A DNA stretch of 64,000 nucleotides from an uncultured Treponema sp. (GTDB lineage: Bacteria > Spirochaetota > Spirochaetia > Treponematales > Treponemataceae): NCBI GenBank assembly GCA_964607295.1, contig CAZSJX010000007.1, forward strand, positions 18,026 to 82,025, written 5' to 3'. The position numbers and the translations under genes were made by a program. This document shows, one piece after another, positions 30,743-39,283 of the stretch (positions are counted from its first letter, which is position 1; each line of letters begins with the position of its first letter). The notes beneath the pieces are model-generated. The model was not told the DNA's origin, did no database searches, and was given only the letters and a program-made list of their open reading frames with translations.

Positions 30743-31273
30743 ATGAAAAATACAAAATCGTATTTTAACCGCGCATGGCTGGTGCTGGCCGCGCTTTTAG
30801 TGTCTGCTTTTGCCGCATTTTCTTTAGCAGGATGCAAGACAGATGACGATGATGATTTGCCAGATAATGTGAGCTATCTTAATTCTGATTCGTTGTTAGT
30901 TGGAACTTGGAAAAGTTCTTATGATGAAGTATATGAAATTTCTACAACTAAACTGAAAAATGGTGGAAGCTGGGGTGATTGCTATGCTGGAAATAATCTT
31001 GTTGTGAAAGAGACAACATCTTCTTCTGGCTATATTTATATAAAATATACAAGAGCAATAAATTCTGATAATAGAACTTATTCTGAGACGGCTCCTGATG
31101 TTGGCAAATGGTATACAATAAATTACAAGAACTTAAGTGATGATGCTGTTTCTATATCCGCAGCTTATAAGGATGGGGGGGCAACTTCCATGGAGAGTCT
31201 GGATGAGACTGTTGTGGAATTCACTGTAGAAAATGGATATTTTGACAGTTATTCTGACTGCACAAGGCAGTAG
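30743..31273 (+). CDS. Hypothetical lipoprotein (lipocalin-like beta fold possible)
   Basis: Lipobox SLAGC, acidic linker, LLVGTWKS motif; AT-rich. Confidence 0.7.
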   Translation: MKNTKSYFNRAWLVLAALLVSAFAAFSLAGCKTDDDDDLPDNVSYLNSDSLLVGTWKSSYDEVYEISTTKLKNGGSWGDCYAGNNLVVKETTSSSGYIYIKYTRAINSDNRTYSETAPDVGKWYTINYKNLSDDAVSISAAYKDGGATSMESLDETVVEFTVENGYFDSYSDCTRQ

Positions 31274-31342
31274 TAAATTTCTTTCCTCATAATTTTTTCG
31301 TCCTGCATGGAGTTTATCTGCGTAGGGCGGCATCTTTTTGAT

Positions 31343-33205
31343 ATGAAGCGCTTTTGGGTTTTTCTGGTTATTTGCAGTTTTTATTTTTCACTTTGCGCGC
31401 AGGAGCTTGATCTTCCAGGAATCACTACGACAATCCGCCGCTCAAGAAGCCCGCAGACGGTTTCTCTGGATGAAACCTCACTTTCTTCCTTTTCTTCAGT
31501 GGAGCAGGCTTTGGAAAGCGCAGGCCTTTCATTTAAAAGGGGAAACAATGAGCTTACATTCCACGGCTACTGGAACTCTTCGATAAAGGTCTACATAAAC
31601 AATGTCCTTATGAACGATCCTAACACAGGCAAGTTCGATTTTTCCACGCTGGACTTCGGAACTGTGAAGTCAATAAAAATAAATCCTGCTGCCACGAACG
31701 GCTCTGTTGCGGTTTACATAAGCACAGTTTCCAGCGATGCCGGCAGCGTCCATGCTTGCGCGGAACTGAAAACCAAAAGCTATCTTTCTTCCGTGAATGA
31801 CAGTCCGTCCGCAAGAGCTGAATTTTCTGTTCCGCTTGTTTTTGAAAGCGGCTCGTCTCTTTTAATCCATGAGTCATTCAATGTTTCGCGCTTTGAGAAT
31901 CATTTTGGCTACCGTTCTCTGGACGCATCATACAGGCCGGATTTCAGCGCTTCATACACGGGGTACAGCAAAAAATACTCAGGGTACGAGAGAACCCTCT
32001 TTAACAACTCGCTTCTCGCTGAATTTTCCACGCAGAAATTTCCGGGCGCGTCTTTCGGGCTTTCAAGCTACGCAAGCTATTCAGACGCCAACTGCGGAAA
32101 GACTGGAGGCGCATATTTCACAGAGGAAAACCAGAAGAATCTTTCGCTTGTTTTTGCGCTGCCTGTTTTTCTTCCGTTCAGCTCATGGAGCCTTAAGCTT
32201 CTTCCGGCCTATAAATATTCAGACCTTGACTATAAAAAGCACGCTCGTTTCTATGATTCTGGGAACGACTATAAAATAAATAATTTTTCATTTCAGGCGG
32301 AAAGCACTGCGCTTGGATTTTTGGATTTCTACACTTTGTGCTCATACGATTTTTCTGACGAAACTTCTTCAGGCGCACTGGAAAAAAAATATTCACATTC
32401 GCTTTTCTCAGTGTTTTTTTCACCGTCAGTTAAGTTTTCACGCTGGAACTGGGATTTTTCATTTTCACTTCCAGCAGACTACTTTGAGCCTGCCAATGAG
32501 CTGTCGCTGCTCTACAGTTTTTCCGCAGAGAGAAAATTCCAGAGGCTTGCCTTTTTCTTTAGCGCTTCAAAAAATATAACGAATCCTGTGTTCCAGCAGC
32601 TTTATTATTCCGGTGAAGGCGGAAGCGGAAATCCAGATTTAAAAAGCGAGAGCGCATATTCTTTCTATACAGGAATTTCTTATTTGCAGGAAATAGAGGC
32701 TTCTGTAAAGCCGTTTCTGATTTTTTATAAAGATAAAATCGGCTGGGTGAGCGGTTCTGGCGGCTCGTGGATTCCGGACAACTGGGGCTCATCCGTGAAC
32801 TGGGGCGCAGACTTTTATTTTTCAACAAGGGAGCTTTTTGAAAACTTTTCGGTTTCCGCAGGCTACACTTTCTGCAGGGCTGTCTTGACTTCCGGCGGCG
32901 GAACAGACGGAAATCAGATTATGTATACGCCGGTTCATTCGTTCTCTTTGACAGGAAAATATTCTTTTTTCAACAGCATTGAGCTGAGCGCTGTTTTTTC
33001 CTACAATTCCAGGAAGTACACAAGCAACAGCAATACTCTTTATGTGCCGGATTGTTTTAATCTGGACGCAGGCGTTTCCTGGACAGGAAGAAAGCTTTAC
33101 GCAAGGCTTGTGTGGCAAAATGTGTTTGACTTTCAGTATGCCCATGTTGACGGTTATCCTTCTCCCGGAGCATCATTCACTGCCAGCGCGGGGATAAAAC
33201 TTTGA
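31343..33205 (+). CDS. TonB-dependent receptor (BtuB-like, short plug)
   Basis: Plug motif IKVYINNVLMNDPNTGKFDFS, barrel motif GNPDLKSESAYSF, C-terminal QNVFDFQY...GYPSPGASFTASAGIKL. Start moved to ATG 31343. Confidence 0.8.
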   Translation: MKRFWVFLVICSFYFSLCAQELDLPGITTTIRRSRSPQTVSLDETSLSSFSSVEQALESAGLSFKRGNNELTFHGYWNSSIKVYINNVLMNDPNTGKFDFSTLDFGTVKSIKINPAATNGSVAVYISTVSSDAGSVHACAELKTKSYLSSVNDSPSARAEFSVPLVFESGSSLLIHESFNVSRFENHFGYRSLDASYRPDFSASYTGYSKKYSGYERTLFNNSLLAEFSTQKFPGASFGLSSYASYSDANCGKTGGAYFTEENQKNLSLVFALPVFLPFSSWSLKLLPAYKYSDLDYKKHARFYDSGNDYKINNFSFQAESTALGFLDFYTLCSYDFSDETSSGALEKKYSHSLFSVFFSPSVKFSRWNWDFSFSLPADYFEPANELSLLYSFSAERKFQRLAFFFSASKNITNPVFQQLYYSGEGGSGNPDLKSESAYSFYTGISYLQEIEASVKPFLIFYKDKIGWVSGSGGSWIPDNWGSSVNWGADFYFSTRELFENFSVSAGYTFCRAVLTSGGGTDGNQIMYTPVHSFSLTGKYSFFNSIELSAVFSYNSRKYTSNSNTLYVPDCFNLDAGVSWTGRKLYARLVWQNVFDFQYAHVDGYPSPGASFTASAGIKL

Positions 33206-33206
33206 G

Positions 33207-33413
33207 CTATTGAATTTCCTTTTGGAGTTCTAATATTTTTTCAAGCGGAAGATTTGTAACCATTGAGATTTGCTCATGTGTTCCTATATTTTCCTTGAGC
33301 ATTTTCTTCGCAGTTTCAATAATTTTCTGATTTGCCATGTCTTGCGCCATATCCTTGGCAAGCTCCTTGGCTCTTTCGTTTGATTGAATGGCCATTTCCT
33401 GTTCCCATGTCAT
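33207..33413 (-). CDS. Putative internally translated small Rpn C-terminal protein (RpnS-like, 68 aa)
   Basis: In-frame ATG (MTWEQE) preceded by GGAGG at 9 nt spacing inside the Rpn gene. Confidence 0.5.
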   Translation of the reverse strand: MTWEQEMAIQSNERAKELAKDMAQDMANQKIIETAKKMLKENIGTHEQISMVTNLPLEKILELQKEIQ

Positions 33414-34049
33414 AAACCTGTGCCTCCACTGCGCATTTGTTTTTACACGATCTACTAGCGCGGAAAGCCTGTCAGTGAAACCGGAGCTCGGCTCCTTTCC
33501 GCAGAGATACTTGAAAAATGATTTCAGCTCTTCGGATTTCATTGTATCATACTTTTTTGCATTGAAAAAGACATTTACAGTTCCGTCGTTCATCAGAAAT
33601 TCCTTGTCCTCGTCTGCACGGTAGCGGAATGTGTATACAGGAAATCCTTTTCCGAAGGCGTCACCCATGCACAGAAAGATAACATAGCTTTCGTTAAGCA
33701 CATCATAGCCGGCTCCGTGCTGCACATTGTCAACGTCCATCAGCCCTTGGTAATAGCGCGCCCGTTTTGCGAGGGAAGTGCTGCGCGTGGTCTGAATCTC
33801 TATGTCGAACGAGCGTCCTGCTTCGTCTTTTACATAAACATCGAATCTTATTCCGCGCGAGATGAAGTCAGTTTTCATCGATTTTTCGGCGGCTGGCTTT
33901 TCAATTCTGTCGATTTTTATGTTTAGAAGAATCTCAATGAGATGCCTGCAGATGTCCGGGTTGTCCTCAAGGACTTTGCAGAAGATGAAGTTGTCAGCGA
34001 GTGTGAGCCGCTCCCATTTTTGAGCCGGCGTAAGTTCATGTCTTTGCAT
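33207..34049 (-). CDS. Rpn family recombination-promoting nuclease / PD-(D/E)XK putative transposase
   Basis: LADNFIFCKVL, GIRFDVYV...FDIEIQ, KRARYYQ, YVIFLCMGDAFG. Start moved to ATG 34049 (MQRHEL). Confidence 0.88.
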   Translation of the reverse strand: MQRHELTPAQKWERLTLADNFIFCKVLEDNPDICRHLIEILLNIKIDRIEKPAAEKSMKTDFISRGIRFDVYVKDEAGRSFDIEIQTTRSTSLAKRARYYQGLMDVDNVQHGAGYDVLNESYVIFLCMGDAFGKGFPVYTFRYRADEDKEFLMNDGTVNVFFNAKKYDTMKSEELKSFFKYLCGKEPSSGFTDRLSALVDRVKTNAQWRHRFMTWEQEMAIQSNERAKELAKDMAQDMANQKIIETAKKMLKENIGTHEQISMVTNLPLEKILELQKEIQ

Positions 34050-34187
34050 TTTTCTTTCCTGTTTTTCTTGAAACTTTCTATAACTATATTGTCGCAAAAA
34101 TGCAAAAAATGCGTTGTTTAAAATAAAGTTTTTATCGCTAGAAAGAGTTGTGTAATTTTTTAGATTAAAAAAAGACTGTTTAATAAA

Positions 34188-34324
34188 TAGTCTTAATTTC
34201 GAATTTTATAATACATTAAAAAACAGCGTGCAGGGCAGCCCTGTTGCCTTGCGCTTTTGACAGGCGCATCTTAACTGGCAGCTGTTTTTTATATGAAATT
34301 ATAGTTAACTCGAAATCATGGCTA
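34188..34324 (+). mobile_element. Fold-back MITE-like repeat, copy E (directly upstream of the Rpn gene)
   Basis: tagtcttaatttcgaatttt...aaaaaacagc...ttttgacaggcgcatcttaactggcagctgttttt...attatagttaactcgaaatcatggcta. Confidence 0.75.
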
Positions 34325-34348
34325 TTTTATCAGAACTCAACATTCCAT

Positions 34349-36931
34349 CTATTTGTACATTCCGTCTAAAAGCCTGTAGACCATATTGACTTTCTCTTTC
34401 CTTGAAATGTCAAGGCCGGAATCTTTTGTGTCGTCAATAAGCTTTTCGAGGGAAGCCAGGCTTTCGTTGAGCGCGGTTGTAAATCCTCTTGAAACCTTGA
34501 ACCAGTAAGTTCCGTTTCCGTCTGTAAACAGGCAGATGAAACCAAGCTCCTTTGAGGCTGATTTTGCGACAGTAATGCGCATTGTAAAATCAATGTTACT
34601 TAGCAGCTGCTCAAGCCCGCCGTTTTCAAAAATGTTTATGTTCATCTTTCGAGGCCATGATTTTTCTTCAGCCGGATTCAAGTTCAGCGTTTTTGCAATC
34701 TTGATTATGGTCTCCATTTTTTCGCCGGAAAGAAGCTTGTATCCGTTCTTCATGATGATTGAGCCTCTCATTCCGGCTGTGGCTTCCGTAAGCTTTTCGA
34801 TGCTTTCTCTTGAAACTGCGCTTTTAAATTCAGTCCACGGAAGAAGAAGCGTTTTTTTGCCCTTGACTTTTTTACATTCAAATGACTGCTCGCCGAATGA
34901 AACAAGATTTTCGTCTTTCTTTTTGTCTTCTTTTTTTGCGCCTTTTTTATTTTCCTGCTTTTCCTTCTTCTTTGCTTCTTTGGAAGAATTTTCCTTTTCC
35001 GCCCTGTTTTTTTCTTTTTCCGCGCGGATTCTGTTCAGGCTTTCTTCAAGGCCGGGACTTATCTGCTCAAGGATTCTCTTTGTAAGCGGAGAAACGCTCA
35101 TTGCGAACATTCTGCTTGTGCGCACAATTTCTCCTGCTACAATATAGACTGGATTCGCCTTGAACATGGAAGAGCCCGGATGAATTGAAATGTGGTCCTG
35201 CGTAAGGCTTCTGTAGTTTTCCCTTCCTTCGCGCACGCATACGAACTGAATCATTCCGCAGCCAATGCAGCAAAGGTAGTCATCCATTTTTCCGCTGCTC
35301 AGAATTGGCAGCTGAAGCTTTTGCGACACGATTTCCTCAAGCTGGATTTTTATGTTCTGGATTTCCGCCATTACACGCTCGTCAAGGTAGTTCTTTTTGC
35401 AGAAGGCCTCCTTGTTTTTCATTTCTGAATAAGTCCGGAACATTTTTACGTATGCAACAAAGTCTCCCTGCATATCCCTGAATGAATGGTGGGCCTGGCG
35501 CGCATCCATTTCCTCGCCGACAGGAAGCACAAAAGGAGACTGCGCGCTTAAGAATGAAGCTGCAATCAGAACTTCGTCCATTACATCAGGATAGCGCATT
35601 ATGCTTTCTACGATTATGCGGCTTATGCGCGGTTCAAGCGGAAACATGACCATAAGTTTTCCTATGGCGGAAAGGGAGCCGTCTTTTTCAAGAGCGCCCA
35701 GCATATTGAGTGTGTTTACTGCGCCTACAAGTCCTTCGTGCCCTGGAGGTGAAATAAAATCGAATTTTTCAAATTCTGTTATTCCAAGCTCTGCCATGCG
35801 CAGCACAACCTCGCTCAGGTCTGTCCTGTAAATTTCCTCGGTTGTGTATTCCTGCCGGCTTTCAAAGTCCTTGCGTGAATAAAGCCTGTAGCAGGTTCCC
35901 TCGCAAGTCCGTCCGGCTCTTCCTCTGCGCTGGTTGCAGCTTGCCCGGCTTACAGGCGTTTCCACAAGGCTTGAAGTGAATGTCTTCGGGCTGTAGAAAT
36001 TCAGCTTTGCAAGGCCGCTGTCAATTACTGTTGTGATTCCGTTTATCGTGATGGAGGTTTCTGCAATGTTCGTGCTTAGGACGACTTTCTTTTTTCCGAA
36101 CGGCGCGCTGTCAAAAACCCGCTCCTGCTCTTCTTTTGGAAGCCTTCCGTAAAGTGGAACAATATGGATTCTGCTTTTGAATGTGGAGCTGTACAGCCGC
36201 TGCATACAGTCCTTGATTACTTTTTCGCCCGGAAGAAATACAAGAATATCGCCAGTCTCTTTATTGTCCAGAACGCGGTCAATTGTCTTTTCTATTTTTC
36301 CAAGGATTGCATCAACGCCGGCTTCTGTTGTGGTTGTGGGCTTGGATTCAGGCGGATCATAGACCATTGCCACCGGAAATGTCTGCGTATCGATTGTGAT
36401 AATCGGGCAATTTCCAAAATATCTGCTGAATTTTTCTGCGTTCATTGTTGCCGAGCTTACAATTACTTTAAAGTCATGGCGCACCGCAAGAATCCGCTTT
36501 AGAAGTCCAAGCGTAAAGTCGATGTTCAGGCTCCGCTCATGGGCCTCGTCCACCATTATGACAGAATACTTGCTCATGTAGGGATCGAGCTTCATTTCCT
36601 GCAAAAGAATTCCGTCTGTCATGATTTTGATTTTTGTCGAAGGATCCGTCTTGTCCTCAAAGCGGACTTTGTATCCCACAAGCCCCGGATATTTTGTCTT
36701 TAGCTGCTTCGCAATGAACTCGCTTACACTTAGCGCCGCGATTCTTCTAGGCTGTGTTACGGCGATTGTTCCGGACTGCGAGTATCCGGCCTCATGAAGA
36801 ATTACAGGAAGCTGTGTTGTTTTTCCTGAGCCGGTGGGGCTTTGTACTATTATAACCTGATTGCTTTCAAGCGCTTCAAGGATTCTGTCTTTCTGCTCGT
36901 AAACAGGAAGTTTTTTGTAGTTTATTGACAT
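34349..36931 (-). CDS. hrpA: ATP-dependent RNA helicase HrpA (DEAH box)
   Basis: SPTGSGKTTQLP, TQPRRIAA, MVDEAHERSLNIDF, STNIAETSIT, QRRGRAGR. Confidence 0.9.
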   Translation of the reverse strand: MSINYKKLPVYEQKDRILEALESNQVIIVQSPTGSGKTTQLPVILHEAGYSQSGTIAVTQPRRIAALSVSEFIAKQLKTKYPGLVGYKVRFEDKTDPSTKIKIMTDGILLQEMKLDPYMSKYSVIMVDEAHERSLNIDFTLGLLKRILAVRHDFKVIVSSATMNAEKFSRYFGNCPIITIDTQTFPVAMVYDPPESKPTTTTEAGVDAILGKIEKTIDRVLDNKETGDILVFLPGEKVIKDCMQRLYSSTFKSRIHIVPLYGRLPKEEQERVFDSAPFGKKKVVLSTNIAETSITINGITTVIDSGLAKLNFYSPKTFTSSLVETPVSRASCNQRRGRAGRTCEGTCYRLYSRKDFESRQEYTTEEIYRTDLSEVVLRMAELGITEFEKFDFISPPGHEGLVGAVNTLNMLGALEKDGSLSAIGKLMVMFPLEPRISRIIVESIMRYPDVMDEVLIAASFLSAQSPFVLPVGEEMDARQAHHSFRDMQGDFVAYVKMFRTYSEMKNKEAFCKKNYLDERVMAEIQNIKIQLEEIVSQKLQLPILSSGKMDDYLCCIGCGMIQFVCVREGRENYRSLTQDHISIHPGSSMFKANPVYIVAGEIVRTSRMFAMSVSPLTKRILEQISPGLEESLNRIRAEKEKNRAEKENSSKEAKKKEKQENKKGAKKEDKKKDENLVSFGEQSFECKKVKGKKTLLLPWTEFKSAVSRESIEKLTEATAGMRGSIIMKNGYKLLSGEKMETIIKIAKTLNLNPAEEKSWPRKMNINIFENGGLEQLLSNIDFTMRITVAKSASKELGFICLFTDGNGTYWFKVSRGFTTALNESLASLEKLIDDTKDSGLDISRKEKVNMVYRLLDGMYK

Positions 36932-38100
36932 CTAGCTTTTCCTTTTATTTGTTCCATAAGTTTTTTTCTTTCTGAAAGATACGGTTTCCATTCTGAGGTT
37001 TCTTCCAGTGTATTTAGAAATTCATCATTCAGTTTTTTTATGATGAAGTATTTCTCATCGGTAATCAGCGTTGTAACCAGAACAGGATTCACCCAGGAAA
37101 TTCTTGCTCCGCCGGAATCTTTCTCGAAGACAACCTGCGATATATAGCCGTCTCCTGTGTATTCACGCCGCCCCGCTGGATTTGAAAATTCGGGGTTTCT
37201 TCTTTGTCCGCTTATTGTGTTTCCCATGGCATAGAAGATAATCTTTCTTGGAGTTCCGTTGCATGATATAATCTCCCATTCCTTTGCAATATGCGGATGG
37301 TTTATCCAGAGAACATCAACGCCGGAATCTATGAGAGCATGATAAAATTTTTTTTGACTTTCAGCAATGCCCGGCACATACTCCTCTTCCGCGCAGTGAA
37401 AGCTTAGAACCAGCAGATCGCACTCTTGCTTTTTTTGTTTAATCAGCTCAATAAGCTGCCCGCGCGCCTTTTTTTCAGGCCTGACAAAATCAAAGTATTC
37501 TGTGTCTGTCCAGCGGTTCGCAATTTCCGTTACAGCGGCAAAAAGAATTTTCCATCCGTTTTTTTCAATCGGAACAAATTCCACTGGCTCTCCGCGTGAC
37601 TTCTTGATTCCGGCGAAATACAGCTCCATGCCCTGCGCTGAAAGCTGGCTCTGTTTTTTTTCAAAGTATCTTCTTGTGGACATGAGTCCGCTTTTTCCGA
37701 AGTCATTGCAGTGGTTGTTCGCAAGGCTGAACACATTGAATCCGGCTTCAACAGCGGCATCCGCATAGCTTTCTTTTACGCTGAATCTAGGGTAGGTGGA
37801 AAAATCCTTCTGGTCGTCTACGGAAGTTTCCAGGTTTGCGAACGAGAGATCCGCCTGCTTTACAATGTCCTCGATGTCTTTGTAAATGTCGCTGAATCTG
37901 CCCCTTGTGTTTTCGGAGTGCGCCATTATGTCACCCGCGAATGTAAGCAGAAGCTTTCCGTCCATAAAGCTCCGCTGTTCAGCAGGCTCTTCTTCCTCAT
38001 GGCTTTGAACGTCCGGCTCCTTTTGTGCTGAGGATGCGCACGAGGCGAGCAGCACTGCGGAAAAAAATGCAGCGGTAAAAAAATTGCTTCTCATCGGCAT
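36922..38100 (-). CDS. CapA family metallophosphatase-fold lipoprotein
   Basis: TFAGDIM, ANLET, SLANNHCNDFG, HPH, YAMGN; lipobox LLASC. Confidence 0.85.
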   Translation of the reverse strand: MPMRSNFFTAAFFSAVLLASCASSAQKEPDVQSHEEEEPAEQRSFMDGKLLLTFAGDIMAHSENTRGRFSDIYKDIEDIVKQADLSFANLETSVDDQKDFSTYPRFSVKESYADAAVEAGFNVFSLANNHCNDFGKSGLMSTRRYFEKKQSQLSAQGMELYFAGIKKSRGEPVEFVPIEKNGWKILFAAVTEIANRWTDTEYFDFVRPEKKARGQLIELIKQKKQECDLLVLSFHCAEEEYVPGIAESQKKFYHALIDSGVDVLWINHPHIAKEWEIISCNGTPRKIIFYAMGNTISGQRRNPEFSNPAGRREYTGDGYISQVVFEKDSGGARISWVNPVLVTTLITDEKYFIIKKLNDEFLNTLEETSEWKPYLSERKKLMEQIKGKARCQ

Positions 38101-38128
38101 TTATTATACACGTAAAGCCGCTGTCTTG

Positions 38129-38983
38129 CTAGGGAAGAGGCTGCGGAAATGGCAGGCCGGTGCTTTCTTGCATTTCAGTTTCCGTCTTGAGCTCCTGAAT
38201 CTGTGTGAACATATTCTCTGTCTGGCTTTCTACTGCCTCTTCAATGGAGTCGTCAAGCGCGCTGAAAAAATCTATGCCGGTCCGGGCCTCAACTTCGTTC
38301 ACTGAAACTTTGTACTGCAGAATTCCGCCTTCGCATTTTTGGTTCGGCATTATAAAGCCTATGGATTCCCATTCCCCGGCGGAGCTTTTTGCAAGAAGAA
38401 CCTTGTAGAAGAATTCTGGAACCCGCACATTGCTTTCGCCTATCGCGCTGTATTCCATGGGCGGATTTTCAAGCACGGGGCCTGTTGCCACTACCAGAAA
38501 GTCCAGCTCCTGCGCATATTTTCTGACCTGGGCTTCAAGCTCCTTCCAGATTCCCCTGTTGAACTGCGGAACCTGGGGCGCGATGTTGCTCATCAGAAAA
38601 CTTTCGTCCTCGCTTTTCCCGCTCCATGCCATATCCGCCGCCGGAGCCAGATGCCCCCTGTCGTATCCGCTCGCCTTGTAATCCGAAAGCTTTGCGCTTC
38701 CTGCTGAAAGCCCGTTGTCTTCCCTGAATTTATTTGTCCGCCTTGCGTTCTTTATAAGTTTTTCCGGGGTGATTATGTAGCTTACCCATTCAGCGTTTTT
38801 GTAGCTGTCCCTGTAGCACAGCGAGAACCCTGTGTATGACGCAAGATCATGTCCGTCCGCGCTTTTGCCGCATGATGTGGCAGGACACAGCGGAATTGCC
38901 AGTTTGGAAAGCTCTTCCTGGGCGGATGCCGTCGCTATCAGAATTGTTATGACAGCAAGAGCCGCCATCCCTTTATGTTTCAT
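38129..38983 (-). CDS. DNA/RNA non-specific endonuclease (NucA/Serratia family), secreted
   Basis: SGYDRGHLAPAAD catalytic motif, SNIAPQ, FNRGIWKELE; signal peptide. Confidence 0.92.
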   Translation of the reverse strand: MKHKGMAALAVITILIATASAQEELSKLAIPLCPATSCGKSADGHDLASYTGFSLCYRDSYKNAEWVSYIITPEKLIKNARRTNKFREDNGLSAGSAKLSDYKASGYDRGHLAPAADMAWSGKSEDESFLMSNIAPQVPQFNRGIWKELEAQVRKYAQELDFLVVATGPVLENPPMEYSAIGESNVRVPEFFYKVLLAKSSAGEWESIGFIMPNQKCEGGILQYKVSVNEVEARTGIDFFSALDDSIEEAVESQTENMFTQIQELKTETEMQESTGLPFPQPLP

Positions 38984-39017
38984 CTTTTTTCTCCCATTAA
39001 AAAGTCAAGAAGATTGT

Positions 39018-39070
39018 TTCAACTGTTAGCTATTTTCTATATTGAATTATAGTCAATTCGAAATTAGAGG
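39018..39070 (+). mobile_element. Fold-back MITE-like repeat, copy F (right arm only)
   Basis: caactgttagctattttctatattgaattatagtcaattcgaaattagagg matches the right arm of copies B-E. Confidence 0.65.
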
Positions 39071-39283
39071 TAAAAATCTCCGTAGCCTTAAGCTATTATA
39101 ATTCCTCATGGCCTGCGCTATCAACAGGGGAAAATTCTTCTCCTGAATGTTTTCCCTTTTCTCCAGAATGAAAAAAAATCTTCGGACGCTGAAAATTTCA
39201 AAAAAACGGCGTTTGTGCAACTGATTGCGCTCTTTTGATGCTCCGTGTTTGACAGGTGGAAAAAATCATTTTAAAATCGTGGC

